A DNA stretch of 64,000 bases, taken from contig NC_086108.1 in the NCBI RefSeq assembly GCF_963921235.1, forward strand, positions 54,004,001 through 54,068,000. The letters run 5' to 3'. Below are positions 10,341 through 24,539 of this stretch, in pieces. The translations under genes were made by a program, and so were the position numbers. The stretch comes from Mobula hypostoma (lineage: Eukaryota). The notes below the pieces were generated by a model. The model saw nothing but the letters and a program-made list of their open reading frames with translations, was not told the origin of the DNA and ran no database searches. The number at the start of each line of letters is the position of its first letter. Position 1 is the first letter of the stretch.

Positions 10341-13300
10341 AAATGGGGAATGCATCTTAATGCTAGAATATTCCATTTGGGGAACCTGCTTCCATTAATT
10401 CTGTCGTTTATCATTGTCTAAGATCTTGGGTGCACAAGTTGCTTGAGAAATTGCACCCATTGTTATTGGCAAATAGTACGGTTGCAAGCGTTTTGTCTCG
10501 TTTATTTAATATATGAACTGGTGTACTACCGGTAATTGGATCGCAGGGTATTAGCTCCTGCTGTCATACTGATCATATGAAATTAATTTTCACTCATTCC
10601 AAATGTTACCCATTCTAATATACTGTCTACCATTTAATATCCTTCTTTTCGCCTGTAAGGTCTCATTTTGCTTTTCACTCACTGATCCCAGCAAAGCTCT
10701 TGCTAGTTCCCAATATTGGATACAATCTATTCCTATTTTATGGAAACACAGATATTTATCATTCATCCCTTTGCCCAATTTGCCTTTGTATAGCTTGTAA
10801 CGCGTTAACCCATTTCCAGTCATTGTTCTCTTCCATTTCTTCATCGACTTCTCTCAATTATTAGTTACCCATGTCTTGAAATCTTGTATCTAAGCTTGAT
10901 ACCAAGATACTCCATTTCTTTTTATCTTCTTGAACATAATTCCTTGTAAAATTTATGCTTTATACTTTCTTTTAGACCCATCATGTTTGGAAGGCATAAT
11001 GTTGCACGATTGAGGATTAAAGGATTTTGGGATTGTTGGGTATCTCTGACCTGTGACTTCTCTATTCTGTTATCCCAGGCATTACAGGCTTTGCATCGGT
11101 GATGTGTTAGAGCTGCTGATGTTTGTAGTCGGATGCATTTCGAGTGGTTCAGTGATCTGTTTCTCATCATTTTGTAGTTTTATTTTGAATGCTCTTCCAG
11201 ATATTATGTCACTTTGTACTCTCATCACAAATGTATGTAATACTGCTGTTTTTAAAATGTATATAAATATGCATCAGCATTCTTTCACTCGCAATGCAAG
11301 GGTGATCCTCCGTTTAAACTGTTTTGGTTTATTCCTCGCCTACATATGTCAGTGACGAACAGAAGGATGGATGGCATCTAAATCTGTATGGGGCTAACAA
11401 AAGGTGAAAGCAAATGGGCTTGACAATCAAAGAGGTGTTAAAACTTGCTGGCTGTGTGTGTCACTTTGACATGTGGGGTGGATTTGCATAGGTGGATGAA
11501 GATCTTTCCCCCACAGCACCCCAGTTCACCCTCTGTTTTTCTAAGTCAGGCGCCAGTAAACATTGATTGGCATTTTATTAGTAGTATAATACAAAGGACA
11601 AGCTTGAAGAACCCCATTGATTTAGGTGCTTGGTGTAGTGTGAAAAGGTATTAAACCAAGATTAGGAAATCCAAGATTTGATCCCTGATCTGTACACAGT
11701 TGGTTGATCACAGCCAATGCAGCAGCTGAGGATGGGGGTGGGGGGGAAGGGCAGTGGTGGGGTTGTTGATATGTTGTATTTCCAGGATGGGAAGGGGAGT
11801 ATTAGCTGAGTTCTAGCATCTGATAACTATTGACCACTGCTTTAAAGTATGTGGGTGGTATATCCTTGATGGTGATGACTGAACTGATAGTCTTTTGACT
11901 GCCTTGAAAAGCAAGATACCAGACCAAACAACTGCCTTTGAGAGAGGAGTTCTATATATTTTCTTCTCTCTAACTCTGCCCAAATTGGCAGGTGTTGATA
12001 AAAGCACAAGGTTCAGGCACAGTATTTAAACTTGAGTAATTCTCACAATAATTTGTCTTCCTTTTAAGCACTTGCCTCACGAGGAATCAAATATTGCTTT
12101 CAGATTTATTTAACTTGCCATTTAAGAATGGTATTTTAATTTTGATAATGTGTATAACTTGGATCCTAAATCATAGTTTCCCGCAGGTGCTAATAGACAT
12201 AATGTAATTTATTTATAGAGACTAATTTTACACTGAATTACTTTCTGCCCTCCTGGAAATGCTGATTTCTCCAGTGATAGATTCACAAGTATGGCCCCCC
12301 CATGGTGGCTTCTGATAATCTGCAGAAAGTGGCAGTCTTTGTGTGCAGTCATGGGTACTGAGTATTACTGAACTATCTTACTGTGGTGTGGCATTTGAGC
12401 CAATATCACTATTCACTGTTTCAATCAGCAATAGGTATGTGGGGATAACAATTGGCCGTGGCAGCCACGGATGATTTTACATTAACTGGTGTAGAGGTAT
12501 GGTGATAGTTAACTAAATCAGTATAAATCAAGAACTGAAACAGGAATGTAGTTCATATTTAACAGATTGTGCATGCCTTTAGAAAAACCAACAATTCTTT
12601 GCATTGAGTGAGTTGGATTCTCAATATTTAATAACTCATTCAGTGTTATGTTGCACAGCTAAGAAGCTTGACAAAATAGTTTCCATTTTGCGCATGAGGA
12701 TTCTAGAATAATAAAAAAATTATTGCACATAGTTGAAGTGTCATACACTCTAGTGAAGATGTTCCGAAGCAAGAGTCAATGCCTTAGAAGAACATATATA
12801 ACTTCTGCTGACAAAAAATGAAGTCTGTGAACAATTGGGATCAGGCTGATCATTGGACTTCAGTAATTTAATCTGAGCCAAATATCAGAGAGAGTCATTT
12901 CTTGTGGATTGGCCAGTGTTTGTTTTATCTGACTTCAGTTTTGTTCTCAAGCTATGTGATAGTCTTAATTGCATATCATCTGAAGAACGCTGTAAAAGCT
13001 GGAATAAATCTAGATTCTGAACTTTTCCTCAGTGTCTTGAAATGCTCAAAGGGCTCGTTAAGCCCTGTGGTGAATAAATGGTCTGACCTCAGTTCTCATT
13101 TGTGGTGAATTCGCCAGCCTGTGCTATTAGTAAAAGAGAGCAACTATTAGTTAAATACCTAAGAAAATGCAATTTTTTAAAAAAATGTTGCGTTTATTTT
13201 TAATCATTATAATCGTAATACAATGGGAAATGTGGATGTGTGTCGCAGTGCAGGCTGATGAATTGTGTGCAAAGGATTCTGCTCAGGTATTAGGATACAA

Positions 13301-14379
13301 GAAATGGGAGCGGAGTAGCACCTTGATTTTTCATAGACTGGTGGTCATCTTTGGTAGTTACTGGAGTAGATCACGTGTGATACTACAGAATGGCCCCACT
13401 TGCATACAGCCTCCCAAGGATATTACATCTCCTTCAAACATTGTCAAAATACATTAATGGTGCTTGTCTGATGGAACATGACAACTCAATGGACAAAATT
13501 GTTGTTTCTCTGGTGTTATGAAGCTTAACAATTTAATTTGGAATTTAGTTTCATGAAAAGGTGCTGCCCTTTGAAATAAGGCACATTGTGCACAAGGGAA
13601 CAGGGAGAAATCTTCCATTGTACGTGATTGCTAGTTGATTTCTTTCCAACTGTAATGTCATTCTGAAAGGTTATTTTGAAAAATGTCACCATTGCCAAAG
13701 ACCGGATTTTTTTCATCTTATTTTACCATGACATTGTTCCATGAAATGCATAAAACAAAGTACATTCAGCACGTCCTGGAGGAACCATTGTTAGAATCCT
13801 GGGGTTTGTGAGAATAAATCAGAATTTTTAATCGCGCTTTGAACTGCAACATCAAAGTGCTCAGAAATCACTAATGATGTAAGCAGTGTCATATTAGCAA
13901 GGACTGACATTTCACTTCAAACACCAAGAGCACAGCTGTCTGAGGCAGATATTAAAAAATGTATATGCTGAGCAAGGTGGACAGGCTGATAATTAGGATT
14001 CCTATTAGCAGACACCAGTCTGAAAGCAGTTACATTTTGTGGTGAATTTTGGGTGGAAATTTTACAGCAAAATTGCAGTGAAATTATTTGAAAATGACAT
14101 TTGCTTGTTTTAAATTGACTGTGAAACTGCAGGGATGAAATGGTCTTATTCAAATCTCAAGAATCTTGTTTTGTCCCCAAGGATATTGGGAATGCTTCAT
14201 TCTTCTCAGAATATGACAGAGTTGTCATGTGAACTTCTATAAAATGTGAAAGTGAAATCTTTTGCTTGAATTGCATTAAAATATTCAGTAATATGAATTT
14301 CTGTCTTGGTTTATGTCAAGAAAACATTTTGAGTTCTGGTTTGAAAAATTTATAGAAACTTGATGTTTCAAATTGATGA

Positions 14380-15002
14380 TGCTACTTCAAAAGTGGTATT
14401 GACCTGAACTGCTAAGTAGATTTGTTGTCCCGGATGCTGCCTGACAAAAAAAATGAAAATAAAAATCCTCACTCAGTGTTGCAGATTTTATCTCTTGCCA
14501 CCCGTTTATATCGTGGTTCCCCCCCCCCATATACTTTTACCAGTATAATTGAAAATCAGAATTTCGGATGTTGGAAATCAAATAAAAACAGAAGTGCTGG
14601 AACTACAAGCGTACAAGGTAGCTCAGACAGAATGTGTGGAGGGTTCAGGTCAATAAATTTGCATCAGACCTTGCAAGTTTGGATGATGGGTTATTCAACT
14701 GGAATGTTAACACTGTTTCTCTGTCTGACCTGCAAGTGTTTAGACCACTTGTCTTTTCATCTTTTGGACATCCTTTCTTAGACATTGCCACCACTATCAC
14801 TCTAGTTTTCCAGGTTTTCCTATTACAAATGTTTGTTTTTGTTTGATCTGCTTTCCCCAATGCTTCCCTTTGACTTAAAACTTGCATTTGAATTTTTTCC
14901 CAGTTCAATGAAACATTATTAACTCGAAACATTAGCGTTATGCCACTCTCCACAGATGCTGCTTGACCTGCTGAATATTGCCTGCCTTTTGTTTTCATTT
15001 CT
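14380..15002. mobile_element. Cluster of old, decayed Penelope terminal fragments in both orientations
   Basis: cagatgctgcttgacctgctgaatatt..gttttcatttc (14950-15002), with a reverse-oriented relative near 14560-14620. Confidence 0.5.
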
Positions 15003-15176
15003 CTCAGTTCAATACTGAGGCGATGGTACTTTCAGCTGAAACTTGAAACCAAGGACTTCTCTGCCTTAAGAAAATATAATCACCCATGGCACTTGTCGAA
15101 GAGGAGCACTAGAAATCTTCTTGGTGACTTGACTAATAGTTACTCCTCAATTATATCACTATATCAGGTTGCCTGT

Positions 15177-16224
15177 GGCTACGTCCACACTACGCCGGAT
15201 AATTTTGAAAACGCCGGTTTCGAGTAAAAATGACAGGCGTCCGCACTAAGCGTTTTTCAAAATATCTCCGTCCACATTAGACGGATATTTGGGCGAATCT
15301 CCTCCTACCGGGCATTCGCAGGACACACAGAAAACAAGCGAAAAGGAAACGGTGTACTTGGTGCGCGTTTGTCCGGTTACGGAGTAGAAAAACTTAAAAG
15401 GAATTGCTCTTGGCTCTCGCGCAGGAGGACTTAAAACTTAAAAAAAACAAATACTGGAGCGTATGGAGGCAACCGACAGGGAGTTCACAGACAGTATGAC
15501 CCGGCTAATGACGAACATTGAAAAACTGACTAACTCTGTTGCATTAATAAAGCACTTTGTTAAATGTATAAAACATGTCTGCATCAGTGTTATCTTGTAT
15601 TTCCATACAATGTTACATCAGGCTGTTACACATCTATTGTCACAGAAGTACTTGCATAAATAGGTAAACCACCTTGGTTCTTGGTTCTTGATCCTCCAAA
15701 ATATTCTGCATGGAATTTAAGCTGGAGGTGGCGGAGGGTGTTTTCTGTCCTTACCTTCATACAAGCGAGGCCAGAAAACAGGGCAAAGTGAGTATACTTA
15801 TTTATTCAGTAAGCTATGGGTCAAAGTATTCGGTGAGTACATTTCTAACTGTTCTGGCTTCAGTCTCGCTGCCGTCTGTTCTGAAATTGTTAGGTTCTGT
15901 GAAGTGCAGAATCAAATATCACTGTGATGATTGTACGCTCTAGTATCAATTGTTTGGCGACAATAAAGTAATAATAATAAGAAAACAATGAAATGCCGTG
16001 CTGCTGCCATCTGTTGCGGCACATCATGACAGCGGTTTTAAAAAGCTCCGTTTACCATGTACTGCAACGGATATTATGCGTTTGCAGATTTATTCACTCT
16101 GGAGACCATTCCTGAAAATCTTCGTTTTCGAGGGATGAAAATGCCGTTTTAGTGTGAACAGAGGGTCAAAACGAAGAGAAAAAGCTTCGTTTTCAAAATT
16201 ATCCAGCGTAGTGAGGACGTAGCC
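15177..16224. mobile_element. Non-autonomous PIF/Harbinger-type DNA transposon
   Basis: About 37-bp TIRs ggctacgtccacactacgccggataattttgaaaacg / cgttttcaaaattatccagcgtagtgaggacgtagcc; 3-bp TSD TGT (15174-15176, 16225-16227). Confidence 0.85.
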
Positions 16225-17124
16225 TGTGTCTGAAGCCTTCCGTTATGCAAATTAACTGCAACTTGGAGTTCGAAATTCAACAGAACAATTAGTCCTGTGG
16301 GCTTTTTTCCTCCTTGTGTGATGGTACTGGACTTGTGCTTGTAGAAAGTCTACACTCTGTAAATCAAGGAGCCTCACTGTGGAGTTGAGCTATCTGCAGT
16401 GTTCATGCAGGAAAACTTGAGAACACTCCTTCTGCAAAGATTGTAATAGAAGAGTTAGTAATGCTGCCCTAAGACCACAAGAGATCTTGGAATGGGGTAA
16501 TACAATCTGATTATGATTAGATATGCCAGTGCCAAGGAATGGAACATACTGACTATTAAAGTCAAGTTGTAAGTTAAAGTTCTGAGTAGGTGAGCTGGCT
16601 TTGAATTGAGTTGATTGGCATTCCAACTCATGAACCAACAAAATAATCAAATGCAAATTAAGGTAGCAGTAGATATATTCAGTGGTTGAAAGTTTAGCAT
16701 TGGAATGGATTATGTTGACTATTGATAATTTATTTATTTTATAAAAATATTGTAACTTCAGATCATGCAGAATAGAATGTTCAATGTAAAGGAAACTTCA
16801 AATTGAATTGTGCTGGTATATTTTAATTTGTATTTGCTCTGCTGCAGTGGTGCCATTTAAAAAAAATTACAGTTGTTGACCTCTGTCATTAATCATATTA
16901 TCAGTTTATTAAAATATTTGGAGCAGTTTTGTTTTAGACTATTATTCTGTGCCATCTGTGACTGGCTTCAATTTTGCCAAATTGAGTTAACGAGCAACCT
17001 TAATAGCTGAGAGAAAGAAAGAAAATTGTGCTTAATTCCAGTTTGGGAAAGTAAATGAATGTCTCCTTAAAGACATTCCTCCTCAAACTGCAGTTTTTAA
17101 CACCCTGCTTGGATTGACTGCAAG

Positions 17125-17975
17125 GAGAGCTCACAAACTGGATACAAAATTGGCTGGATGATAGGAAACAGACGGTAATGGTGGAAGGATGTCTCTCAGA
17201 CTGGAGAACTGTGACTAGTGGTGTGCCTCAGGGTTAGTACTGGGCCCATTGTTATTTGTCATCTATATTAAAGAATTGAAGACATGGATAGTAAATTTGT
17301 ACAAACTTGCAGTGAAGGGGAGGTTCAAGAATCGAAGTGGGATTTTGATCATCAGGTAGGTGGGCTGAGAAATGGCAAATGGAATTTAATTCAGTTTAGT
17401 GTTAAATTTTGGACGTGTTACATTTACAAAGGACTTTTACATTGAAGGGAAAAGCTCTGGATTCTATTGTAAACAGAGGGAACTTGAATTATAGGTGTAT
17501 AGGTCTCTTAAAGTGGAGTCCCAGGAAGTCGGGACAGGGACAAGGGCTTTTGGCATGCCGGACTTCATCAATTTAGGCAATGAATTTAGAAGTCAGGAGG
17601 TTATGTTGCAATTGTACAAAATGTTGCTAATGTTGCACTTGGAGTATCATGTTCAGTTTTGGCCACCCTGTTATAGAAAGGATATGATGAAATTGGAAAG
17701 AGTTCAAAATGATATACAAGGACGTTACCAGGACTTGAGGGACTGAGTTGGAGGGAGAGGTTAGATTGGATGGGCCTTTACTCCATGGAGTGTAGGAGAT
17801 TTGGGTGATCTCATAATAATGTATAAAATCATGAGGGGCACAGATGGGGCCCACAGTTTTTCTTCCCAGGGTTGTTGGGGAATCAAACTCTAGAGGTAAT
17901 AGCTTTAAGCTTAGAGGTGAAAGGTTTAATAACAAACTGAGGGGCAACTTCTTTTTACACAATGGGAGGAAGCAG
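17125..17975 (+). mobile_element. Decayed CR1 LINE RT fragment
   Basis: VTSGVPQG and LYK.L...HLEY.VQFW.P motifs with frameshifts. Confidence 0.85.
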
Positions 17976-18184
17976 ATGCTAAAGAAGGTGGTTGAAGCAG
18001 GTATATGAGATGAGCAATAGGAGCAGAATTAGGCCATACAGCCCATCAAGTCTGCTTATGATTGATTTATTATCCCTCTCAGCCACATTCTTCTGCCTTC
18101 TCCCTGTAATCTTTGACAGCCTTACTAATCAAAGATGCATTGAAGATGTATGTGGGCAGATGTATGGATTTCAAGAGTTTAGAG

Positions 18185-18264
18185 CAGGGGTTCCCAACCT
18201 GGGGTCTACAGACCCCTTGGTTAATGGGAGGGGTCCATGGCATAAAAAAGGTTGGAAGCCCCTG
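18185..18264. mobile_element. 80-bp hAT (Charlie-like) MITE
   Basis: TIRs caggggttcccaacct / aggttggaagcccctg; 8-bp TSD gtttagag / gtttatag. Confidence 0.85.
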
Positions 18265-20136
18265 GTTTATAGGGATATTGGCAAAGTGCTGGGAAATGGG
18301 ATTATCTTGAATACACTTCTCAGTTGGTATGGATACAATTGGGTCCAAGACACTTTTTCAGCATGGTGTGATCATTGACTATGAGAAATTATTAGGAGGG
18401 CCACTTGTTGACATTAAACTTTGGTTTTTCTCTCAACAGGAATGTTATTCTTCAGCGTTTATGGTGTACAGCCCCACATTCTAATCGAACTGATCTATTG
18501 ATCTATTATCCTTCATGTGGTGAAGTGGCAGTTTGTATTTCAGTAGCACTTCTTTATATCACGCAGCCTTGCAATTCCCTTACACTGCCAGTGGAAAGTA
18601 GGGTTGGGAATTGATAAATTGGTAAAGGGAATGGAAAAGTAGAGATTTGGGGGCAATTGAAAAGATGATAATGTTTAAAAGGATCATAGTAAGATGGTTG
18701 TAAGTTGCCCACAGTGTTGGGTGAAGAGAGGTGATGTATATATATAGGGCAGCAGAGACAGAATGAAGAAGGGTGGTTGTGCATGAGGCTAGAAGAAATC
18801 AAGGACTATAATTTTAAATTCATTTTGAAGGAGAATAGGAAATCAGCGGGAGATTCACACAGAACCATGAAGTGATGACGTGTATGGTTTAGGTGTCTGT
18901 CCAGCAGCAAAGAGAGAGCAGGACTTCTTTCAGTGGTTACAACCATATATTACAAAAAAATCATCAGAATCAGGTTTATTATTATTATTGTCTCATCTAA
19001 TTATTTTTTGAGGCAGCAAAATCATACAAAGGCATAAAATTTACTATAAATTTAAAAATAGTGCAAGAAAAGGAATAGTGAGTGAGTGTTTACGGACCAT
19101 TCAGAAAACTAATGTCAGAGAGAAAGCGGCTGTTCCTGCATCACTGAGTGCGGGTCTTCATGCTTTTGTACCTTCCCCAACAGTAGATATTGGAAGGGAG
19201 CCTGTTGTTCAAGGGCTGAGAGAGAAATTTCATGTTCTTGATGCAAGTGTACTTATGGCTTGTATATTGCCAGTGACTAGTGGTGTACCTCAAGGGTCAG
19301 TAATGGGACTGCTGCTTTTCACATTGTTAGAAACATAGAAAACCTACAGCACAATACAGGCCCTTCGGCCCACAAAGTTGTGCGGAACATGTCCCTACCT
19401 TGGAAATCACTAGGCTGACCCACAGCCCTCTATTTTTTTAAGCTCCATGTACCTATCCAAAAGTCTCTTAAAAGACCGTATTGTATCTGCCTCCACCACC
19501 ATTGCCGGCAGCTCATTCCACGCACTTACCACTCTCTGCGTAAAAAACTTACCCAACATCGCCTTTGTACCTGCTCCCAAGCACCTTAAACCTGTGCCCT
19601 CTTGTGGCAGCCATTTCAACCCTGGGAAAAAGCCTCTGACTATCCACACGATCAATGCCTTTCGTCATCTTATACACCTCTATCAGGTCGCCTCTCATCC
19701 TCCATCGCCAAAGATTTAGATAATGGAATTGATGGCTTTGTGGCAAAGTTTGCAGATGATACGAAGATAGGTGGAGGGGTAGGTTGTGCTGAGGAAGCAA
19801 TGTGATTGCAGCAGGACTTGGATAAATTACACTTGAATGGAATACACTCTTGGGAAATGTATGATAGTGGATTTTGGTAGAAGGAACAATAGCGCGGACT
19901 CTTATCTAAATGGAGAGAAGGTTCAAACTTCGGAGGTGCAGAGGGAGTCTTTGTCTGCATGCAAGACTCCCAGTAGGTTAATTTACAGGTTGAGTCAGAA
20001 GGCAAATGCAATGTTGGCATTTATTTCAAGGGGAATAGAATATGAAAGCAAGGAGATAATGCTGAGCCTTTATAAGACACTAGTCAGGCCACACTTGGAG
20101 TATTGTCAACAGTTTTGGGCCTCAGATCTTAAGAGA

Positions 20137-20728
20137 GGTCTCCTAGTGGCCACACATTTTAATTCCACATCCCATTCCCATTCTGATATGTCTATCCACG
20201 GCCTTCTCTAATGTAAAGATGAAGCCACACTCAGGTTGGAGGAACCAGGTTGGAGGAACAACACCTTGCATTCCATCTGGGTAGCCTCCAACCTGATGGC
20301 ATGAACATTGACTTCTCTAACTTCTGCTAATGCCCCACCTCCCCCTCGTTCTCCATCTGTTATTTATTTATATACACACATTCTTTCCCTCTCTCTCCTT
20401 TTTCTCCCTCTGTCCCTCTGACTATACCCCTTGCCCATCCTCTGGGTTTTTTCCCCCCTCCCCCTTTTCCTTCTCCCTGGGCCTCCTGTCCCATGATCCT
20501 CTCATATCCCTTTTGCCAATCACCTGTCCAGCTCTTGGCTCCATCCCTCCCCCCCCCGTCTTTTCCTATCATTTTGGATCTCCCCCTCTCCCTCCCACTT
20601 TCAAATCTCTTACTAGCTCTTCCTTCAGGTAGTCCTGACGAAGGGTCTTGGCCCGAAATGTCGATTGTACCTCTTCCTAGAGATGCTGCCTGGCCTGCTG
20701 CGTTCACCAACAACTTTGATGTGTGTTG
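20137..20728 (+). mobile_element. 5'-truncated Penelope-like element nested in CR1
   Basis: VATHFNSTSHSHSDMSIHGLL..LGSLQPDGMNIDFSNF (GIY-YIG end); TSD cttaagaga at 20128-20136 and 20729-20737. Confidence 0.9.
20631..20666 (+). ncRNA. Minimal type I hammerhead ribozyme motif (Penelope-associated)
   Basis: agtc-CTGACGA-a-GGG-tcttgg-CCC-GAAAT-GTC-gatt; in the sense orientation of the Penelope ORF. Confidence 0.7.
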
Positions 20729-21244
20729 CTTAAGAGAAGTTGTGTTGGCATTGGAGAGAGTCCAGAGGAGGTTCATGAGGATGATTTCAGGAATGAAGGG
20801 GTTAACATTTGGCAGCTTTGGGCCTGTATTCACTGGAATTTAGAAGAATATGGGGAAGGGGGTGTGTCATTGAAACTGTCCTAATGTTGAAAGGATTAGG
20901 TAGGGTGGATGTGGAGAAGATGTCTCCTGTGGTGAGCGTATCCAGAACTAGAGGGCACACCCCCAAAATTGTAAAACAGAGGTAAGGAGGAATTTTTTTT
21001 TAGCCAGAGAATAGTAAATCTGTGGAATGCTCTGCCACAGACTGCGGTGGAGGCCGAGTCCATGCGTATATTTATGGCGGAAATTGATTGTTTCCTGATT
21101 GGTCGGGGTATCAAAGGATATGGTGAGAAGGCAGGTGTATGGGGTGAGTGGGATTTGGGATTGGCAGTGATGGAATGGCAAAGTAGACTTGATGGGCTGA
21201 ATGGCTTGATTTTGCTCCTATGTCTTGTGGTCTTATGGTCTAAA

Positions 21245-21835
21245 TAACAGCTTCAAGTTCCTGGGTATCAGCATCTCCAAGGATATGTCCTGGGCCCAAC
21301 ACTTAAGGCAAAGAATGCATGCCAGTGGCTCTACTGTGTTAGGGGTTTGAGGAGATTGGTCACCATAGACTCTTACACATTTTTTTAGATGTACGATAGA
21401 GAGAATTCTAATTGGCTGCATCACAGTCTGGTATGGATGTTTCAAAACACAGAAACACATAGTGTTGTAGACTCAGCCAGCTCCATCACGGGCCTAAACC
21501 TCCCCACCATCAAGGACATCTTCAAGAGGCAGTACTTCAAGAAATTGGCATCCAGTTTTAAGGACCCTTACCATCCAGAACATGCTGTCTTATCATTACT
21601 ACCATCAGGGAGTAGGTACGGGAGCCTGACCACCCATACTGAATGAGTTGGCAAAAGCTGTTTCCCCTCCGCTATCAGATTTGTGAACAGTGCACAAACC
21701 CATTAAACTACCTCGTTATTCCTTTTTGTTGCACTTTCTGTAGTAATCTTGTGTCTTTGCACTGTACTCTCTACAAAACCAAAAATTTGTGTCATTTAGG
21801 CCAGTGATAATAGATCGGATTGTGATTTTGATTCA
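21245..21835 (+). mobile_element. Rex1/Babar LINE 3' fragment
   Basis: FKFLG..IS.D.SWAQH and KDPYHPEHAVLSLLPSGSRYGSL remnants. Confidence 0.8.
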
Positions 21836-24539
21836 CCACTGAAGTGTATCTAGTTGTCTATATGCATACGTGCCTGCGGATTTGACTACATTTCTAAAAT
21901 TATATTGTGAGGGAGAGCATTGCATGAACTAAGGTAACTGCAGACTGAAAATGATGGTGGGAGGAAAAAATGGCAAAGAAAACTATTTTTCCTGACAGAC
22001 TGATAAGTAACACATGATATGGATCAGACATCTTAATCCCTAAAGCCCCTGGGCAGAGACGTGGCTTTAAGAATTATGGTGTTAATTTTTGAGTTAGACA
22101 GAACTGACACAGTGGAATGATTTGTGAGGAGGGATGTGGAAGTTTTCATTTGGTGGTTCTCCATTCAGCTCCACTAACATGGGATAAAGTTTTAAAGGTA
22201 AGTTAAAATGAGTGTGAATTTCCTTTGTTTATTAAAGCCCAGTGCTTGTCCAAATTCTTAGCTGTCCTCAAATACAAAATTTACTTCTATTTTTCCAAAG
22301 AATGAAGTTAATCGTAGGCTGTACTATTTGGAGTGATATTTATCTTTATTATAATCCATCCTGACTTGTTCCCGCTTTGCTCTCGGTCTTTTTTGCATGC
22401 ACACTTCGAAAGCAAACCTAGTTTGACTGATGGAGGTTTGGATGACTTCATTCCAATAAATGGCAGTTAGAAGTTGTGTTGACTATTTTATTTCGGTCTT
22501 CCAGAAGGAGCTTTTTAACAATAAGAGATAGTGAGAATCTAAAAATCATACTGAAATATTTAGAAGGGAGGAAAAAAAACCAAGTAAATGAAAAGGTCAG
22601 TACTATAGAATCAGTCTGAGAATTAGAAGGCAATGAATGAAGAAGGTGATGATTCCACTATTTTAGGAGAATTGATAGAATATGAGTATGGAAGTGATTT
22701 AATGGATTTTAATATAACAGGTATATCTTTGATTTTTTTTCTGAATAGAGAGCATCGATGCATTTTTGCTAAAAATAAGCGAGTGGGGGGAGATTAAAAG
22801 TGGATGAGAGGTGAGGTGTTTTTAGCCTGGCAATGTTTTCTTTCATGGTCATAAATGTGAGAGTTGTTGAAAGAGCAATAAGGTCCTGGATAAGCATTCC
22901 TGGGATGCATCATTCTGCGTTAATCTGAAGTTTGCCTCGTGTGAGAACTTGTTACTGGTGCATCTCTTACCTATTTTAAAGAGCCACTGATTGCATTGCC
23001 ATTGAAGGCAATTGCTAAATCATGGCAAAATGATAAGGGGGAGTAGAATAAAATTCCGTACCTTCATACACCAATAACTTACTCAATTTCAGGTAGAGAT
23101 CTTGATGTTGCCTCATAATTTCTGTAGTACTGTGTTCTTTTTTCAGAAATGCTTAAATTTGTATACCATCTTTCAAACAATTGTATTATTTCATTTTGAA
23201 GGTGTGTATTTCAATTATACTGTTTCTATTTTTGTGAAAGGTTATTAACTTTTGTAAAATATATCAAAATGACCATAAATTTTTTGTTCATTTATGCATT
23301 GTGTATGCTTATTATTTGCTAGATCAGTACTGTTGTAAAATACAACTTATCTTTTGAAGTTGGTGGTCACCTATCATGTTGCAGTGCTGCAGTTTATGGA
23401 TGTCTCCTTAATGTATGAATCTGTTTATCAAACTTCCTGCTCTTCACTGAGAGGAGTTTTTGACTGCCTTGTGTAATATCCTGGTTAAGATTTCTACTGC
23501 TATGCTGTGAGGTAGTTTGTATTAGCAATGTTCTGTGTGCTGGAAAGAGTGTATTGTCTTCAGCAAAGATAAGGAGGCATGTAGTCCAATTTAGGAATGT
23601 GTGTCAGCCAATCAGGATTGTGGGATGTGAAATAAGGTTCCAGAGAACTGTGGGGAAGAGTTTTCTGAAGGACGGTGGGGTTCGTGGTCTTTTGGTGGGA
23701 GCTGTGGGGCAGGTATATGTACTTGCTTTATAATTTTATGCTGGTGTACAGTCTGTCATTTCTGGGTGACCGGTAACTGTGTATGGGCAGTACTTATACA
23801 GCATTCACTCAAATTGAGCTTCCTTTAACCAGAACATCACGACATTCCTGTTTGTTGGAATCCCAAATCATACTAACTCTAGACGTATATTGTTTATGAG
23901 GGATGGCCTTGGCTGATAGCAGAGTTAGCTAATGAGCTGAGTTTGTATACGAGCCCCCGATGGGAAGATTACACTCGGTACCAGTTTAATTCAGTAACAA
24001 AACATACCCCAGTATTCTTGTATTGTACACTATTCATACAATAACTCCTTGAAAATGTACATTTTCAAATGACTGAATTAGCCATTTTATGTTTTCTTTC
24101 CTTAAAAAAAGGCACTTAACTTTTTTATCAGTGACAGCCACATTGCTATAAATATCTAAAAGCCACTAGAACATAATTGTATTATGTAACTTAAATGTCA
24201 GCCTTAAGTTTATAATCATTTTGTGTGGGAATGTAAAAGATTGACTGTGAGATACAGATGTCTTCCTTTTATAACATTCAGGATTTCGTGAGTTTTCACC
24301 AAATTGGTGAACAGGGATTAATGTGGCTGAAATTCATAGGTTTTTGAACTTTTACTACATTTTAGTATCTTTAATCTTAGCAATCTGATAAACTTGCACC
24401 CTTAATGAAAACTATCAAATATTTAAGTGTAAGGGTTCAGTAAGTTGTAATACGTCTTTGATTTAAAGACAAGGTGCATAAATAAACACTAAACCTGTTC
24501 TTTGGATTAAGTTAGAATGTAGGCAATATTAAGTTAAAG

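Larger units (their letters stand above)
19263..21245 (+). mobile_element. CR1 LINE 3' portion, interrupted by a reverse CR1 tail (19329-19710) and a Penelope fragment
   Basis: VTSGVPQGSV, KFADDTKIGG, LYKTLVRPHLEYC and LERVQRRF motifs, plus a CR1 3' tail ending gtcttatggtctaa. Confidence 0.9.

Noticed and set aside
9970..10398. 142-aa ORF as a complete protein
   Set aside because: It starts at a non-ATG codon and reads past the splice donor at 10294; only 10018-10293 is supported.
10590..14150. Many short ORFs in the ORF track
   Set aside because: No recognisable domains or splice support; consistent with chance ORFs in AT-rich intron.
23530..23880. Possible solo LTR
   Set aside because: A CCAAT-containing block, but I could not define termini or a TSD.
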